Assembly (NCBI GenBank): GCA_012838875.1
Contig: DUOL01000037.1
Location: 1 to 51,592, forward strand
DNA from: Bacteroidales bacterium
Lineage (GTDB): Bacteria; Bacteroidota; Bacteroidia; Bacteroidales; WCHB1-69
Direction: 5' to 3'
Length of the DNA: 51,592 bases
Below, one piece after another: positions 1 through 9,367 of the stretch. Position numbers and translations under genes: made by a program. Under the pieces are notes generated by a model. That model did not search any database, was not told the DNA's origin, and saw nothing but the letters and a program-made list of their open reading frames with translations. Position 1 is the first letter of the stretch. The number at the start of each line of letters is the position of its first letter.

Positions 1-1571
1 AGCGTTCCGGCACCGAAAATTGTAAATGCCGTCATCGCTCCAATACCATGTTTTTTCTGAGTCGTTAAAATTGTGCCAATACCGGGATAGAGCATCGAAT
101 AGAACGCCGCCTCAGGTCCGACAAACCGCATCTTCTTTAAAGAAATATCCGTGAAAGAATGATTGTTAAACTTTTTATCCTTAACATTGAAAAAATAACT
201 CCCTGTGGGATAAAGCTCTGAAAATAAGATAGTGTCAATCATAGTAGCCCACGGAGCATCTTTTTTATGAATTTTAACTTTATATTGGTTAAATTTCGCT
301 ACCAACTCTTTGGTTTCCCAAATTAGAGATAGCTGAATTTGAGAACTCGCTTGTACAAAAATATTCTCTTTGGTAACCGGTAAAATATCGGGCGAAGATA
401 GCAACGAATCAATAAAAGCAACAAGTTTCTCCTTTTTAACTTTATAAATAGAAGTATCACAAATAAATGTGTCCAACAAAAATAGAGATTGATTTTTACC
501 AAGCGTATCAACCTTTATTTCAACTATTCCTTGTAAAGTTCCGCACGGCAAATCTTCTATAAATTTATTTAGCCAATCCTCAATTCTAGAATGCAAAGAG
601 TCCATAACAGCAGGGTACGCTTCATAATAATCAAAAATCTTTTTGTCTCGAATAGACAAAACTTCAATTTTCTTCTCAATTTCAACCAATTGTTCTTTAG
701 CAAACAGGTGAGACGAATCTAAAGTGATAATTTTTTCAAAACTCTCTTTAGCTTTATAAAATTGATTTTTCGCGAGGAAATTTTTCCCTTCTTCCAACAA
801 AAGTGCAACATCTCTGTTTTTAATTGCCAATTCAACTAATTTTCTCTTTTCATGGTAAATTTCTTCATATTTTTGAGGAGGAAAAGCGGAATCTAACTGC
901 GAAAAAGCCTTCTCAAACTCCCCAATTTCATATAAAGAATCTGAAAGCTGCAATCTATAAAGAAAATTTGCTTCCTGCAACTTTTGTTCTTCTATCTGTT
1001 TTATTTTATTTTCTTGATAAAGTTTCGCTTGTTCGGAAATTTCGGTAGGATTAAAATATAAAAATGTAAACTCTTTACTCTCTTCATCAACTCTTTCCGT
1101 AAAAATAGCATTTGAATTGGGAGTCATTTCAAATAGAAAAGTGCTCGTATTATCGTCTGTTTGGCTTGCGATAGGGTTCGGATAACTCGTTGTAAACTCT
1201 TGAAAAAGAATCTGATAACACTCTTCATTGATTGAAAGTTTCATAATATTATTAAAACCGGGGTTATCATACATTTTCAATAAAATATAATTGAAACTCA
1301 TCGTAAATTGCCAAACCGTCTCTCTATAGGATACGGTATCATTATCAAAAATTAATTGTTGCTTCTCCGTTTGTGAAATTCGTATCCATTTTGGCGGTGA
1401 AAGAATCTCATCCAAATGGTCAACATCATGCTGATAAATAACTTGTAAAATTTCAGTTGACAAACAGTTAGAGGGAGATTGAGCTTTTACAAACGACAGC
1501 GGAGAAAGAAATAAGAAAATTACTAATAATTGTAATTTTGCAATTGCATTATTTAAAGAAAACTGTTCCAT
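1..1571 (-). CDS. Hypothetical secreted/membrane protein, partial (C-terminus lies outside the window)
   Basis: Minus-strand frame is open from the ATG at 1571-1569 to nt 1. Hand translation starts MEQFSLNNAIAKLQLLVIFLFLSPLSFVKAQ... and is still open at the edge (...GIGAMTAFTIFGAGT). It is missing from the ORF track because it has no stop in the window. The N-terminus looks like a signal peptide. No family recognised. Confidence 0.7.
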   Translation of the reverse strand, partial: MEQFSLNNAIAKLQLLVIFLFLSPLSFVKAQSPSNCLSTEILQVIYQHDVDHLDEILSPPKWIRISQTEKQQLIFDNDTVSYRETVWQFTMSFNYILLKMYDNPGFNNIMKLSINEECYQILFQEFTTSYPNPIASQTDDNTSTFLFEMTPNSNAIFTERVDEESKEFTFLYFNPTEISEQAKLYQENKIKQIEEQKLQEANFLYRLQLSDSLYEIGEFEKAFSQLDSAFPPQKYEEIYHEKRKLVELAIKNRDVALLLEEGKNFLAKNQFYKAKESFEKIITLDSSHLFAKEQLVEIEKKIEVLSIRDKKIFDYYEAYPAVMDSLHSRIEDWLNKFIEDLPCGTLQGIVEIKVDTLGKNQSLFLLDTFICDTSIYKVKKEKLVAFIDSLLSSPDILPVTKENIFVQASSQIQLSLIWETKELVAKFNQYKVKIHKKDAPWATMIDTILFSELYPTGSYFFNVKDKKFNNHSFTDISLKKMRFVGPEAAFYSMLYPGIGTILTTQKKHGIGAMTAFTIFGAGT

Positions 1572-1596
1572 ATTTTATTTACTCTTTTTAATTAAA

Positions 1597-1604
1597 CAAA
1601 AATA
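1597..1604 (-). promoter_or_regulatory. Bacteroidota -7 promoter box (TATTTTTG on minus strand)
   Basis: The reverse complement of caaaaata matches TAnnTTTG, 26 nt upstream of the ATG at 1571. Confidence 0.4.
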
Positions 1605-1680
1605 CATTTTTTTAATAACAGAGAGTAAAATAAAAGTTAAAATTAGAAAAATAAACCTAAAAAAGTAGTTTTTTTCAATT

Positions 1681-2736
1681 TTATATGAAAGATTCGGCAA
1701 TTCTTTTCATTTCCGAAGCCACATTATTGCCTTCGTATAAAACCCCATAAATAGTTTCCACAATTGGAATTTTCAGGTTATATTTTTTATTAATCTCATA
1801 CACACAGCGACAGGAGTAGTATCCTTCGGCTATCATATTCATCTCAAGTTGGGCAATGCGAACCGATAAGCCGTGCCCAATCATATTCCCAAAAAGTCTA
1901 TTTCTACTAAATCGCGAATACGAAGTAACCAACAGGTCGCCGAGATAAACGGAGTCCGCCAATGTACGAGAGCTTGGGTAAAGCTGATTTACAAAATCTT
2001 TCATCTCTTTAACACAATTTGATATATAGGCGGCAATAAAATTATCACCATAGCCCAAACCGCTATAAATTCCGACTCCAAGTGCATAAATATTTTTAAG
2101 CACAATCGCCATTTCCACTCCCATAATATCACTCGACACGGAAGTTCGCACATAACGATTCGTAAACATTTTCGCAACTACTTCTGCCAGCTCTAAATTT
2201 TCAGACGCAACGGTAAGAAAAGTAAATTTTTCTTGGGCAATCTCTTCTGCGTGCGACGGACCGCTAACGATAGATAAATTTGAAACCGGAATATTAAATT
2301 CACTACGCAAATAATCGGTAATTACTTGCATTGTCTCCGGCACAATCCCTTTCACGGCAGTAACTATCTTTTTACGATTTAATTTACTTTTTTTAAGAGG
2401 CGCTAACGTATCGTGCAAAAACGCAGAAGGCGTAACAATAATAACATAGTCCGCTCTGGCAAGTGTTTTCCGCAAATCGGTGCTCACTTTTATCTCCTTA
2501 GGATTAAAAAAGATAGAACTCATATAGAGAGGATTATGACCATATTTATTAATTCCCTCCACAATTTCAGGTTCTCGCACCCACCAATGAATATGCTCTA
2601 AATTATCCGCTAATATTTTTACAATCGCCGTTGCCCAGCTCCCGCCTCCAATGACCGCTACACGATAACGCAAACGATGTTTCTTCTTACGTAGTGGCAC
2701 AGAACCGGTATCCATAGATAATGATTGTTCTTTCAT
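1681..2736 (-). CDS. gpsA: NAD(P)H-dependent glycerol-3-phosphate dehydrogenase
   Basis: Rossmann motif VAVIGGGSWATAIVKILA and GpsA-like length and layout. I prefer the ATG at 2736 (MKEQSL...) because the TTG at 2763 in the track overlaps a TAATTTTG promoter box. Confidence 0.85.
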   Translation of the reverse strand: MKEQSLSMDTGSVPLRKKKHRLRYRVAVIGGGSWATAIVKILADNLEHIHWWVREPEIVEGINKYGHNPLYMSSIFFNPKEIKVSTDLRKTLARADYVIIVTPSAFLHDTLAPLKKSKLNRKKIVTAVKGIVPETMQVITDYLRSEFNIPVSNLSIVSGPSHAEEIAQEKFTFLTVASENLELAEVVAKMFTNRYVRTSVSSDIMGVEMAIVLKNIYALGVGIYSGLGYGDNFIAAYISNCVKEMKDFVNQLYPSSRTLADSVYLGDLLVTSYSRFSRNRLFGNMIGHGLSVRIAQLEMNMIAEGYYSCRCVYEINKKYNLKIPIVETIYGVLYEGNNVASEMKRIAESFI

Positions 2737-2760
2737 AATATAGCTTCGTTTTTGGTTTTG

Positions 2761-2768
2761 CAAAATTA
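2761..2768 (-). promoter_or_regulatory. Bacteroidota -7 promoter box (TAATTTTG on minus strand)
   Basis: Matches TAnnTTTG about 25 nt upstream of the gpsA ATG at 2736. Confidence 0.4.
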
Positions 2769-2833
2769 AACATTATTTTGATACTCTATTAAAAAAAGTT
2801 AATTTTTAAATTTTAAAAACATTTTTATATCTA

Positions 2834-2881
2834 TTATTAGGGCGACGCCCCCGAGCGGAGCGAGGGGGCACGCCCTAATAA
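2834..2881. repeat. Hairpin-only copy of the GC-rich repeat family; possible terminator of the 2947-3843 gene
   Basis: The sequence ttattaGGGCGACGCCCCCGAGCGGAGCGAGGGGGCACGCCCtaataa is an imperfect palindrome. Its core matches the terminal module of the repeats at 16297-16460, 32048-32208 and 32379-32542. It lies just downstream of a minus-strand CDS. Confidence 0.75.
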
Positions 2882-2946
2882 AAATTATGAATTAAAAGTT
2901 ATAAATTAATAGGAACTTGTAATTTTTAAAAGGTCTATTCTTTCCT

Positions 2947-3843
2947 CTATTCGTCAAGTGAATATGTTCTTTTTATTTCATATAACTTACGATAACTTTC
3001 GGGATCTACCTCATCGGTAATGTATTGAGTTAATTGCTTGTTCTTGCCCGACTCGTCATAGATAAATTCCGTCCACGAAATTATTTTCTTATTTTTATCC
3101 AAAATAGATACTTTGATTACATTTTCCCCCTCATATTGGTATTGGGTGAGCTTATATTGGTTCAAGTCCTCCTCTTCGACCTCTACAACACGGTTTTCAT
3201 CATTATACTTTGTATAACTTTTACTTATTAATTCGTCGTTGTAATTGTAAATCAACTCTTTAACTCTATTATTTCTTTCATCATATTCGTAATCGTAGGT
3301 ACGTTTATCTTTTTCAAGAACTTCTATCTTAGTTGTTTGCTTCAAAGTTCCATTTTCGAAATAGGAGTACTCGAAAATATATTGCTCTTTCCCATCCTCA
3401 TTAAAATGTATCTCTTTAATTAACTGATTGTTATCATTGTAAAAATATTTCTTCTCAACTCCTTCCAAATCTTCTTCCACATAGGCTTCCTGCTGAATTA
3501 ATAAATTATTTTCGTAAACAAAACGAGTAACATAACACGGCGAGCCTTCTCCGTAGAAATTATTCTGTCGTTCGACTTTCCCATTCAAATTGTAGAAATA
3601 TTCTATCTTTTGCAGCAACTCTTCATTTTCGTCAAATTCCGAAGTAACTACTAGATGATTTTGTTCGTTATACTCATTTAACACGACTGAGATAATCTCT
3701 TTGTCGGGGGAAAAGTGTTCTTGTTTTACAATATTACCGGCTTCGTCGAAATGGAGTAGCATTTCCGTATATTGCTCCGAAATAATATCATCTTTTTGAT
3801 ATCCTACACGCAGATAATTAATTTTCTCAATTTTTTCAATCAT
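2947..3843 (-). CDS. Hypothetical cytoplasmic protein with YD/RHS-like degenerate repeats
   Basis: 298 aa with no signal peptide. It has recurring Y-x-Y-(N/D)-x-x-(G/N) units: YFYNLNGKVERQ, YFYNDNNQLIKE, YEYDERNNRVKE, TKYNDENRVVEV and FIYDESGKNKQL. Confidence 0.6.
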   Translation of the reverse strand: MIEKIEKINYLRVGYQKDDIISEQYTEMLLHFDEAGNIVKQEHFSPDKEIISVVLNEYNEQNHLVVTSEFDENEELLQKIEYFYNLNGKVERQNNFYGEGSPCYVTRFVYENNLLIQQEAYVEEDLEGVEKKYFYNDNNQLIKEIHFNEDGKEQYIFEYSYFENGTLKQTTKIEVLEKDKRTYDYEYDERNNRVKELIYNYNDELISKSYTKYNDENRVVEVEEEDLNQYKLTQYQYEGENVIKVSILDKNKKIISWTEFIYDESGKNKQLTQYITDEVDPESYRKLYEIKRTYSLDE

Positions 3844-3869
3844 TCTAAATCATTTTTAAATATAGACTG

Positions 3870-3877
3870 CAAAAGTA
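3870..3877 (-). promoter_or_regulatory. Bacteroidota -7 promoter box (TACTTTTG on minus strand)
   Basis: Matches TAnnTTTG 27 nt upstream of the ATG at 3843. Confidence 0.4.
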
Positions 3878-3890
3878 GTAGAAAAAACTC

Positions 3891-3898
3891 TATCTTTG
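3891..3898 (+). promoter_or_regulatory. Bacteroidota -7 promoter box (TATCTTTG)
   Basis: Matches TAnnTTTG 21 nt upstream of the ATG at 3919. Confidence 0.4.
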
Positions 3899-3918
3899 CA
3901 AGTGATAAAAAAAAGATA

Positions 3919-5337
3919 ATGAAATGGTTTAACGAATCTTATAAGAAGAAGGTCTTGTTAGGAGGCACTTTTTTAGGAGTTGTACTTATTTTTTTAGGTA
4001 TATTTTTCTATTATATTTTTTTCAAACAACATAATGCTAATTTAATAGAAACTGTACCGGTAGATGCGGCTTACATTTTATTATTAAATGATAATGAGAG
4101 TTTTAACAAAACATTGGCACAAGTTTCGCCCTTTTTAAATGAGGTTTTCTTTTTTGAGGCGTTTCAAGGTTGTCAATTTATCGTAAATAAAGCTCCCTCA
4201 AAACATCAAAAAAAGGAGAACAATATTATTGCGTCCGGTCATTTTGTTGAAAATAAGGGAGTTCTTTTATACTCTACTCAAATGTCGGAGTTAAATTTCA
4301 ACTCTTTACTCAATTCTTTGCAAATTGACCGCCGCAATTATGTAGAATTTGAAAAAGAGCGAATCTATACGTACGGAACACATTATAAACAGTTTTATTT
4401 TGTTTGTCATCACTCTCTATTTTCGATTAGTGAAAATCTATCTTTATTAAAAAAATCTATTCAGCAACACAAACAGTTACAAAACATTACTTCTAAAAAG
4501 GAGTTTAAAAAAGTGTATTCGATTACGGAAAAGAGTGAAAAACAGAATTGGATACTCTTTAATCATGCTATTTTTCTAAAGCAGGCGGCGACGCATTTGT
4601 CGTCTATCTATCGGACTCACTTAGCTTCATTTGCAGAAAAGAGTTCGTGGTCTGCCTATCAAATTTCGTTTTCTTCTTCTGAGATGTTTTTAAATGGTTA
4701 TTTTCATTCTCAGGATGATTTTTTCAATACTTTGAACGAGCCTTACACGCTACAACATTTTCCGGCTCAACATTTTCCATTTTCCACTTTTTATTATGGA
4801 ACGGTAGCGGGAGACAGCACGCATTTTCAGTTTAAATTACTACAGGACAGCGTTTTATTATCTTTTCTATTATTAAAAACGAATGAGCAGTATAGTACGC
4901 CCGAAGCTCTATTCCCCGTAGATTACTCTTTAGATTCTGCCACACGATATAAGAAACAACTAATTTATAAAATTGATAAAGAAAAGAAAAAGGAGATATG
5001 CACGAAAAATGCGACTTTTTATAATTACTTTAGTTATTCTAGCGGTTACTTTATTTTAGCAGATTCGATATCGTCATTGCAGAGCTACTTCGACCAACTT
5101 CACTCTAATTCTTATACTTTAGCCGATGCTCCTCTATACCGTTCAGTAGAAGTGAATTTACCTTCGGAAGTAGCTTCACAATTTGTCTTTTTATTATCAA
5201 ATTCCAATAATAAGAAAGAGTTTTGGAGTGATACGGAGACTTCCTCTTATTATTCGCAACACCTTACGGCACTTGCTTTTACATTTACGAAACGTAAAGA
5301 TGGAGTTATCGGTTCTCAAATTTACATCAAGTTTTAA
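3919..5337 (+). CDS. Hypothetical membrane-anchored protein
   Basis: The in-frame ATG at 3919 (MKWFNESYKKKVLLGGTFLGVVLIFLGIFFYYIFF) is followed by an N-terminal TM helix. The longer track ORF from 3772 would overlap the divergent gene and both promoter boxes. No family recognised. Confidence 0.65.
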   Translation: MKWFNESYKKKVLLGGTFLGVVLIFLGIFFYYIFFKQHNANLIETVPVDAAYILLLNDNESFNKTLAQVSPFLNEVFFFEAFQGCQFIVNKAPSKHQKKENNIIASGHFVENKGVLLYSTQMSELNFNSLLNSLQIDRRNYVEFEKERIYTYGTHYKQFYFVCHHSLFSISENLSLLKKSIQQHKQLQNITSKKEFKKVYSITEKSEKQNWILFNHAIFLKQAATHLSSIYRTHLASFAEKSSWSAYQISFSSSEMFLNGYFHSQDDFFNTLNEPYTLQHFPAQHFPFSTFYYGTVAGDSTHFQFKLLQDSVLLSFLLLKTNEQYSTPEALFPVDYSLDSATRYKKQLIYKIDKEKKKEICTKNATFYNYFSYSSGYFILADSISSLQSYFDQLHSNSYTLADAPLYRSVEVNLPSEVASQFVFLLSNSNNKKEFWSDTETSSYYSQHLTALAFTFTKRKDGVIGSQIYIKF

Positions 5338-5401
5338 TAATAGTCTTTTATACAAAATCGAAATATTTTAATTTTATTAATAATTCAAAATTTATTTTAC
5401 C

Positions 5402-7060
5402 ATGAAAAAACAAACTTTTACACTTTTAATCTGTTTAATTAGCTTTAGCGCTATGACAATTTCATGTAAATCGAAAAAAGATGCTTCGGAGACTCCTAAC
5501 GTACAATCGGAGATGGAGCTCAAGGTGGCAGAATATGCTTTTGTGGATTTACATTCGGACTTATATAATAATCTGTCTGAGAACGAGAAAGAGCTTATTC
5601 CCATTTTCATGCAAATCGGTGAAATTATGGATGGGCTATTTTGGAAACAAACTTTTGGGGACAAATCTTTAATTGATACCATTCAAGATGCGGCAACAAA
5701 AGATTTTGCCATTATCAATTACGGACCTTGGGACAGATTGGATAACAACAAGCCGTTTGTTCAAGGCTACGGAGCAAAACCGCTGGGTTGTCAGTACTAT
5801 CCCATTGACATTACAGCTGAGGAGTACGCCAATTTTAGCGACACGACTAAGAAGAGTTTATACACGGTATTGCGAAGAGACGAAGCGGGGGCATTAAAGA
5901 CCGTTTGGTATAGAGATGAGTATCGCGAGGAGTTGACGAAAGTTTGTGAATTGCTTGACAAAGCTATTGAAATTTGTGAAAACAAGGGACTTAAGAATTA
6001 TCTCATTGAACGGAAGAAAGCATTTCAAACGGACGATTATTTTGCGAGTGACATGGCGTGGATGGATATGAAAGATGGAAATATTGATTTTATTTTTGGA
6101 CCTATTGAAAACTATGACGATAAGCTTAACGAAGCAAAAGCTTCTTATGAGGCATTCATTTTGCTTAAAGACGTTAAAAGAAGTGCGGATTTAGCGCATT
6201 TTATAGCTTTACTACCTGCTTTACAGAAGGAGTTACCTTGTGCACCGGAATATAAGACCTTTGTACCGGGAGCGGCTTCCGATTTGAATGTATATGATGC
6301 TATTTACTATGCCGGCGACTGCAATGCGGGCAGTAAAACGATTGCCATCAATTTACCCAATGATGACCGCGTTCAAGAAAAGAAAGGGGCAAGACGACTT
6401 CAACTTCGCAATAGCATGCAAGCTAAATTTGATAAAATTTTATTACCTATCGGTAAATTAATTATTGAGCCGGAACAACAGGAATATCTGAAATTTGATG
6501 CTTTTTTCTGGAATGTAACGTTTCATGAAGTTGCGCACGGATTGGGTGTTAAACAAACAATTAACGGCAAAGGTAGCGTTGACGATGCTATGGGAAGTGA
6601 AAAAACCTCTTGGGAAGAAGCAAAAGCTGACATTTTAGGACTTTTCTTAGTTTGTAATTTGATTGAGAAGGGTGAAATCAAGGATTTGAGTGTTGAAGAG
6701 GCTATTACGACATACATTGCAGGCATTTTACGTTCTGTAAGATTCGGTGCTTCCAGTTCGCACGGAAAGGCAAATATGATGTGCTATAACTTTATGGAGA
6801 AAGCCGGCGCTTTCACACGAAACGAAGACGGCACGTACCATATTAATTTTAAAAAATCTAAGGAGGCTATCAACGAATGGTCCGGTTTAATCTTAAAAAC
6901 ACAAGCTACCGGAGATAGAGCATTTGCTGAAAAATATAGAAACGAGAATGGCTCCATTCCTGCGGCTTTACAAGCAGATTTAGATAAAATTAACGGCGCC
7001 GGAATTCCACGCGATATCCGTTTTAACCAAGGACTCGAAATTTTAGGAATTAAAAAATAG
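5402..7060 (+). CDS. Lipoprotein zinc metallopeptidase, DPP III (M49)-like, pentapeptide HEXXH type
   Basis: Lipobox-like signal (LISFSAMTISC). Motifs FHEVAHGLG and a downstream WEEAKADILG resemble the two zinc-binding motifs of the M49 family. Confidence 0.55.
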   Translation: MKKQTFTLLICLISFSAMTISCKSKKDASETPNVQSEMELKVAEYAFVDLHSDLYNNLSENEKELIPIFMQIGEIMDGLFWKQTFGDKSLIDTIQDAATKDFAIINYGPWDRLDNNKPFVQGYGAKPLGCQYYPIDITAEEYANFSDTTKKSLYTVLRRDEAGALKTVWYRDEYREELTKVCELLDKAIEICENKGLKNYLIERKKAFQTDDYFASDMAWMDMKDGNIDFIFGPIENYDDKLNEAKASYEAFILLKDVKRSADLAHFIALLPALQKELPCAPEYKTFVPGAASDLNVYDAIYYAGDCNAGSKTIAINLPNDDRVQEKKGARRLQLRNSMQAKFDKILLPIGKLIIEPEQQEYLKFDAFFWNVTFHEVAHGLGVKQTINGKGSVDDAMGSEKTSWEEAKADILGLFLVCNLIEKGEIKDLSVEEAITTYIAGILRSVRFGASSSHGKANMMCYNFMEKAGAFTRNEDGTYHINFKKSKEAINEWSGLILKTQATGDRAFAEKYRNENGSIPAALQADLDKINGAGIPRDIRFNQGLEILGIKK

Positions 7061-7088
7061 TCTTACTCTGATTTGAGTTAGTTGTTAT

Positions 7089-8228
7089 ATGACTAAGAAA
7101 TTGTCTATCAAAAGTGTTCTATTTTTCCTATTGACTTCTTCTATTTTTCTCTCTTGCAACGTAGACAAAAAGAGAAAGATAGAAGAAGTTCCAATACAAC
7201 TCAATGAAGAGACCGTTACAATCTTCGGACACCAAATAGAAAGAGCAATTTATAATGATGATGCAAATTTTTTCAATGGAGCTTTTGATACAAATTTTAT
7301 TAAAGAAAAAATCTCAGAGAACTCTTTAATATACAGTAGTTTAGACGCCGAGTTCGGGAAAGCCCTCTTTAAACAAGCTATTCATCAAGGAGATTTTGTT
7401 TTAAAAGAGTTTAACGAAGGAGGACATTTTAAACTAATCTCCTATTACGAAAAAGAGAACAAACATCATCTTATTTTTAGATTGTACTCAAACTGGAGTA
7501 TTTATATTGAAGACTACGAGGTTGATACCGTTAATAATGAATTAAAAATTAAAGAGGGTTTTAATTATAATCTTGGGATATCTTTTACTGATAAAGTTAA
7601 ATACTCCATGTTATACTCTATTTTGTTAAAAACCGATTCTAAAGGCATTATTTCACTTTTTTTACAAATCGACTCTCTTATTCAAAAGGAAAAAATAGCA
7701 GCCGCTCTTGAATTGTTAACAACAAACGAAGCGTTGCTTAAAGAGTATCCTTATTATCAACAGCAACTTATTCAAGTTCAATATCTCCATAATCCTAAGG
7801 GATTTATTGATTTTTTAGAAGGTTTACATTTAGATAAACGTTGCAAGTTAGTTCATAAATTGCTTTTTTACTCGAATAACGGACACGTTGAAGAGTCTTA
7901 TGCAACAATAGATGAGTTAATTAATATAACCGGAGACGACCCCATTTATCTGTTTTTTTACGGGCGGGCTCATTTTCTTGCAAAAAAATATAAAGATGCT
8001 TTAATTTGTTACGAAGAAGCTGAAAAGGGTTTACCACTCTTTTGGGATTTATGGTATTCAAAATTAGAAGTCTATTATAATTTAAAACAGGTAGATGCCT
8101 TTATAGAAACTTTATGTTTAAGTGAAGAACATTACGGAATGGATAAACGAGAGATGTTAGAATTAACCGAAGAGGAATTTCCAAAGGTTTACAAAAAAGT
8201 GAGTGAAGTGTTCGAGAAAGATTTTTAA
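7089..8228 (+). CDS. Hypothetical lipoprotein
   Basis: Signal peptide plus lipobox (SSIFLSC). The C-terminal part is helical-repeat-like. No family recognised. Confidence 0.6.
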   Translation: MTKKLSIKSVLFFLLTSSIFLSCNVDKKRKIEEVPIQLNEETVTIFGHQIERAIYNDDANFFNGAFDTNFIKEKISENSLIYSSLDAEFGKALFKQAIHQGDFVLKEFNEGGHFKLISYYEKENKHHLIFRLYSNWSIYIEDYEVDTVNNELKIKEGFNYNLGISFTDKVKYSMLYSILLKTDSKGIISLFLQIDSLIQKEKIAAALELLTTNEALLKEYPYYQQQLIQVQYLHNPKGFIDFLEGLHLDKRCKLVHKLLFYSNNGHVEESYATIDELINITGDDPIYLFFYGRAHFLAKKYKDALICYEEAEKGLPLFWDLWYSKLEVYYNLKQVDAFIETLCLSEEHYGMDKREMLELTEEEFPKVYKKVSEVFEKDF

Positions 8229-8248
8229 TAAGTCAACAGTGTTATCAG

Positions 8249-9367
8249 ATGAAATTTAAGTTCTTCAAAAAGCGAACACCAAAAGAGTACCAAGCCGTTT
8301 CCTTAAGCTCTTTAACATGGAAGAAGTTTAAAAAAGAGAGTCAAGGAATGGTTTCAATAATTTATATTGGAATCGTTATTGTTATTGCTATCTTGGGTTA
8401 TCTCATAACTCCTGATGATTCGCCTTACTGTAATCGTCAACAGTTAGAAATTGCCTTACGAAAGCCGGGATTTAAAGTTGAAATGTTACAGAAAAAGCAG
8501 GATCGTGAAATAAAGAAAGAGAATTTCTTACGCAGAATGTTATTTGGGCAACCTCCGCTATATCAATTAGTTCCAATTGAGAAATGGCATCAAAGGGGCG
8601 ATTCTCTTTATGTTTTGCTGTTTGAACAGAGTGACATGGAGGATTATATTGCTTACTCTTTAACGGATTTAAAGAGTGTTGAACCCGTAAAAACGTATCA
8701 TTTTCCTTTAGGCACTGACCGGTACGGGCGAGATGTTTTGAGTCAACTCATGATGGGGAGTCGTGTTAGTATATCGGTAGGTTTTATTTCCGTATTTATT
8801 GCGTTAGTAATTGGCATTTTAGTTGGCTCAATAGCAGGCTTTTATCGAGGGAAGGTTGATGATATTTTACTTTATTTAATCAACGTTGTTTGGTCTATTC
8901 CTACTTTATTATTGGTAATTGCGATAAGTTTTGCTTTAGGTAAGGGTTTTTGGCAGATTTTCATAGCGATTGGTTTGACGATGTGGGTAGATGTAGCGAG
9001 GGTTGTGCGTGGGCAGACCATCAGTTTACGTGAGAAAGATTTTATCGAAGCGGGGAAAGCGTTGGGTTTTAACAACTTTCATCTCATTTTTAAACATATT
9101 TTACCCAACTTATGGGGTACTATTGTCGTTATTGCCGCTTCAAATTTTTCTTCTGCGATATTAATGGAAGCGGGGTTAAGTTTCTTGGGCATCGGCGTTC
9201 AACCTCCCATGCCTTCTTGGGGGACAATGATAAAAGAAAACTATGCTTACATTGTTTTAGACAATGCTTATTTGGCTATCATTCCGGGGCTCGCAATTAT
9301 GTCGTTAGTATTAGCTTTCATGCTCATGGGCAGTGCCTTACGAAATGCGATGGACGTAAAAAGCTAA
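8249..9367 (+). CDS. ABC transporter permease, OppC/DppC-like
   Basis: [25 protein letters not shown] and a following multi-TM region are typical of peptide/nickel-type permeases. There is a long loop after the first TM helix. Confidence 0.75.
   Translation: MKFKFFKKRTPKEYQAVSLSSLTWKKFKKESQGMVSIIYIGIVIVIAILGYLITPDDSPYCNRQQLEIALRKPGFKVEMLQKKQDREIKKENFLRRMLFGQPPLYQLVPIEKWHQRGDSLYVLLFEQSDMEDYIAYSLTDLKSVEPVKTYHFPLGTDRYGRDVLSQLMMGSRVSISVGFISVFIALVIGILVGSIAGFYRGKVDDILLYLINVVWSIPTLLLVIAISFALGKGFWQIFIAIGLTMWVDVARVVRGQTISLREKDFIEAGKALGFNNFHLIFKHILPNLWGTIVVIAASNFSSAILMEAGLSFLGIGVQPPMPSWGTMIKENYAYIVLDNAYLAIIPGLAIMSLVLAFMLMGSALRNAMDVKS

Noticed and set aside
323-1048. Small ORFs 323-511 (minus) and 824-1048 (plus).
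   Set aside because: Both lie inside the long edge-truncated minus-strand frame at 1-1571 and have low-complexity composition.
3772-3918. N-terminal extension of the 3772-5337 ORF.
   Set aside because: It would overlap the divergent gene 2947-3843 and both promoter boxes. The ATG at 3919 sits at a good distance from a TATCTTTG box and gives a sensible N-terminal TM anchor.
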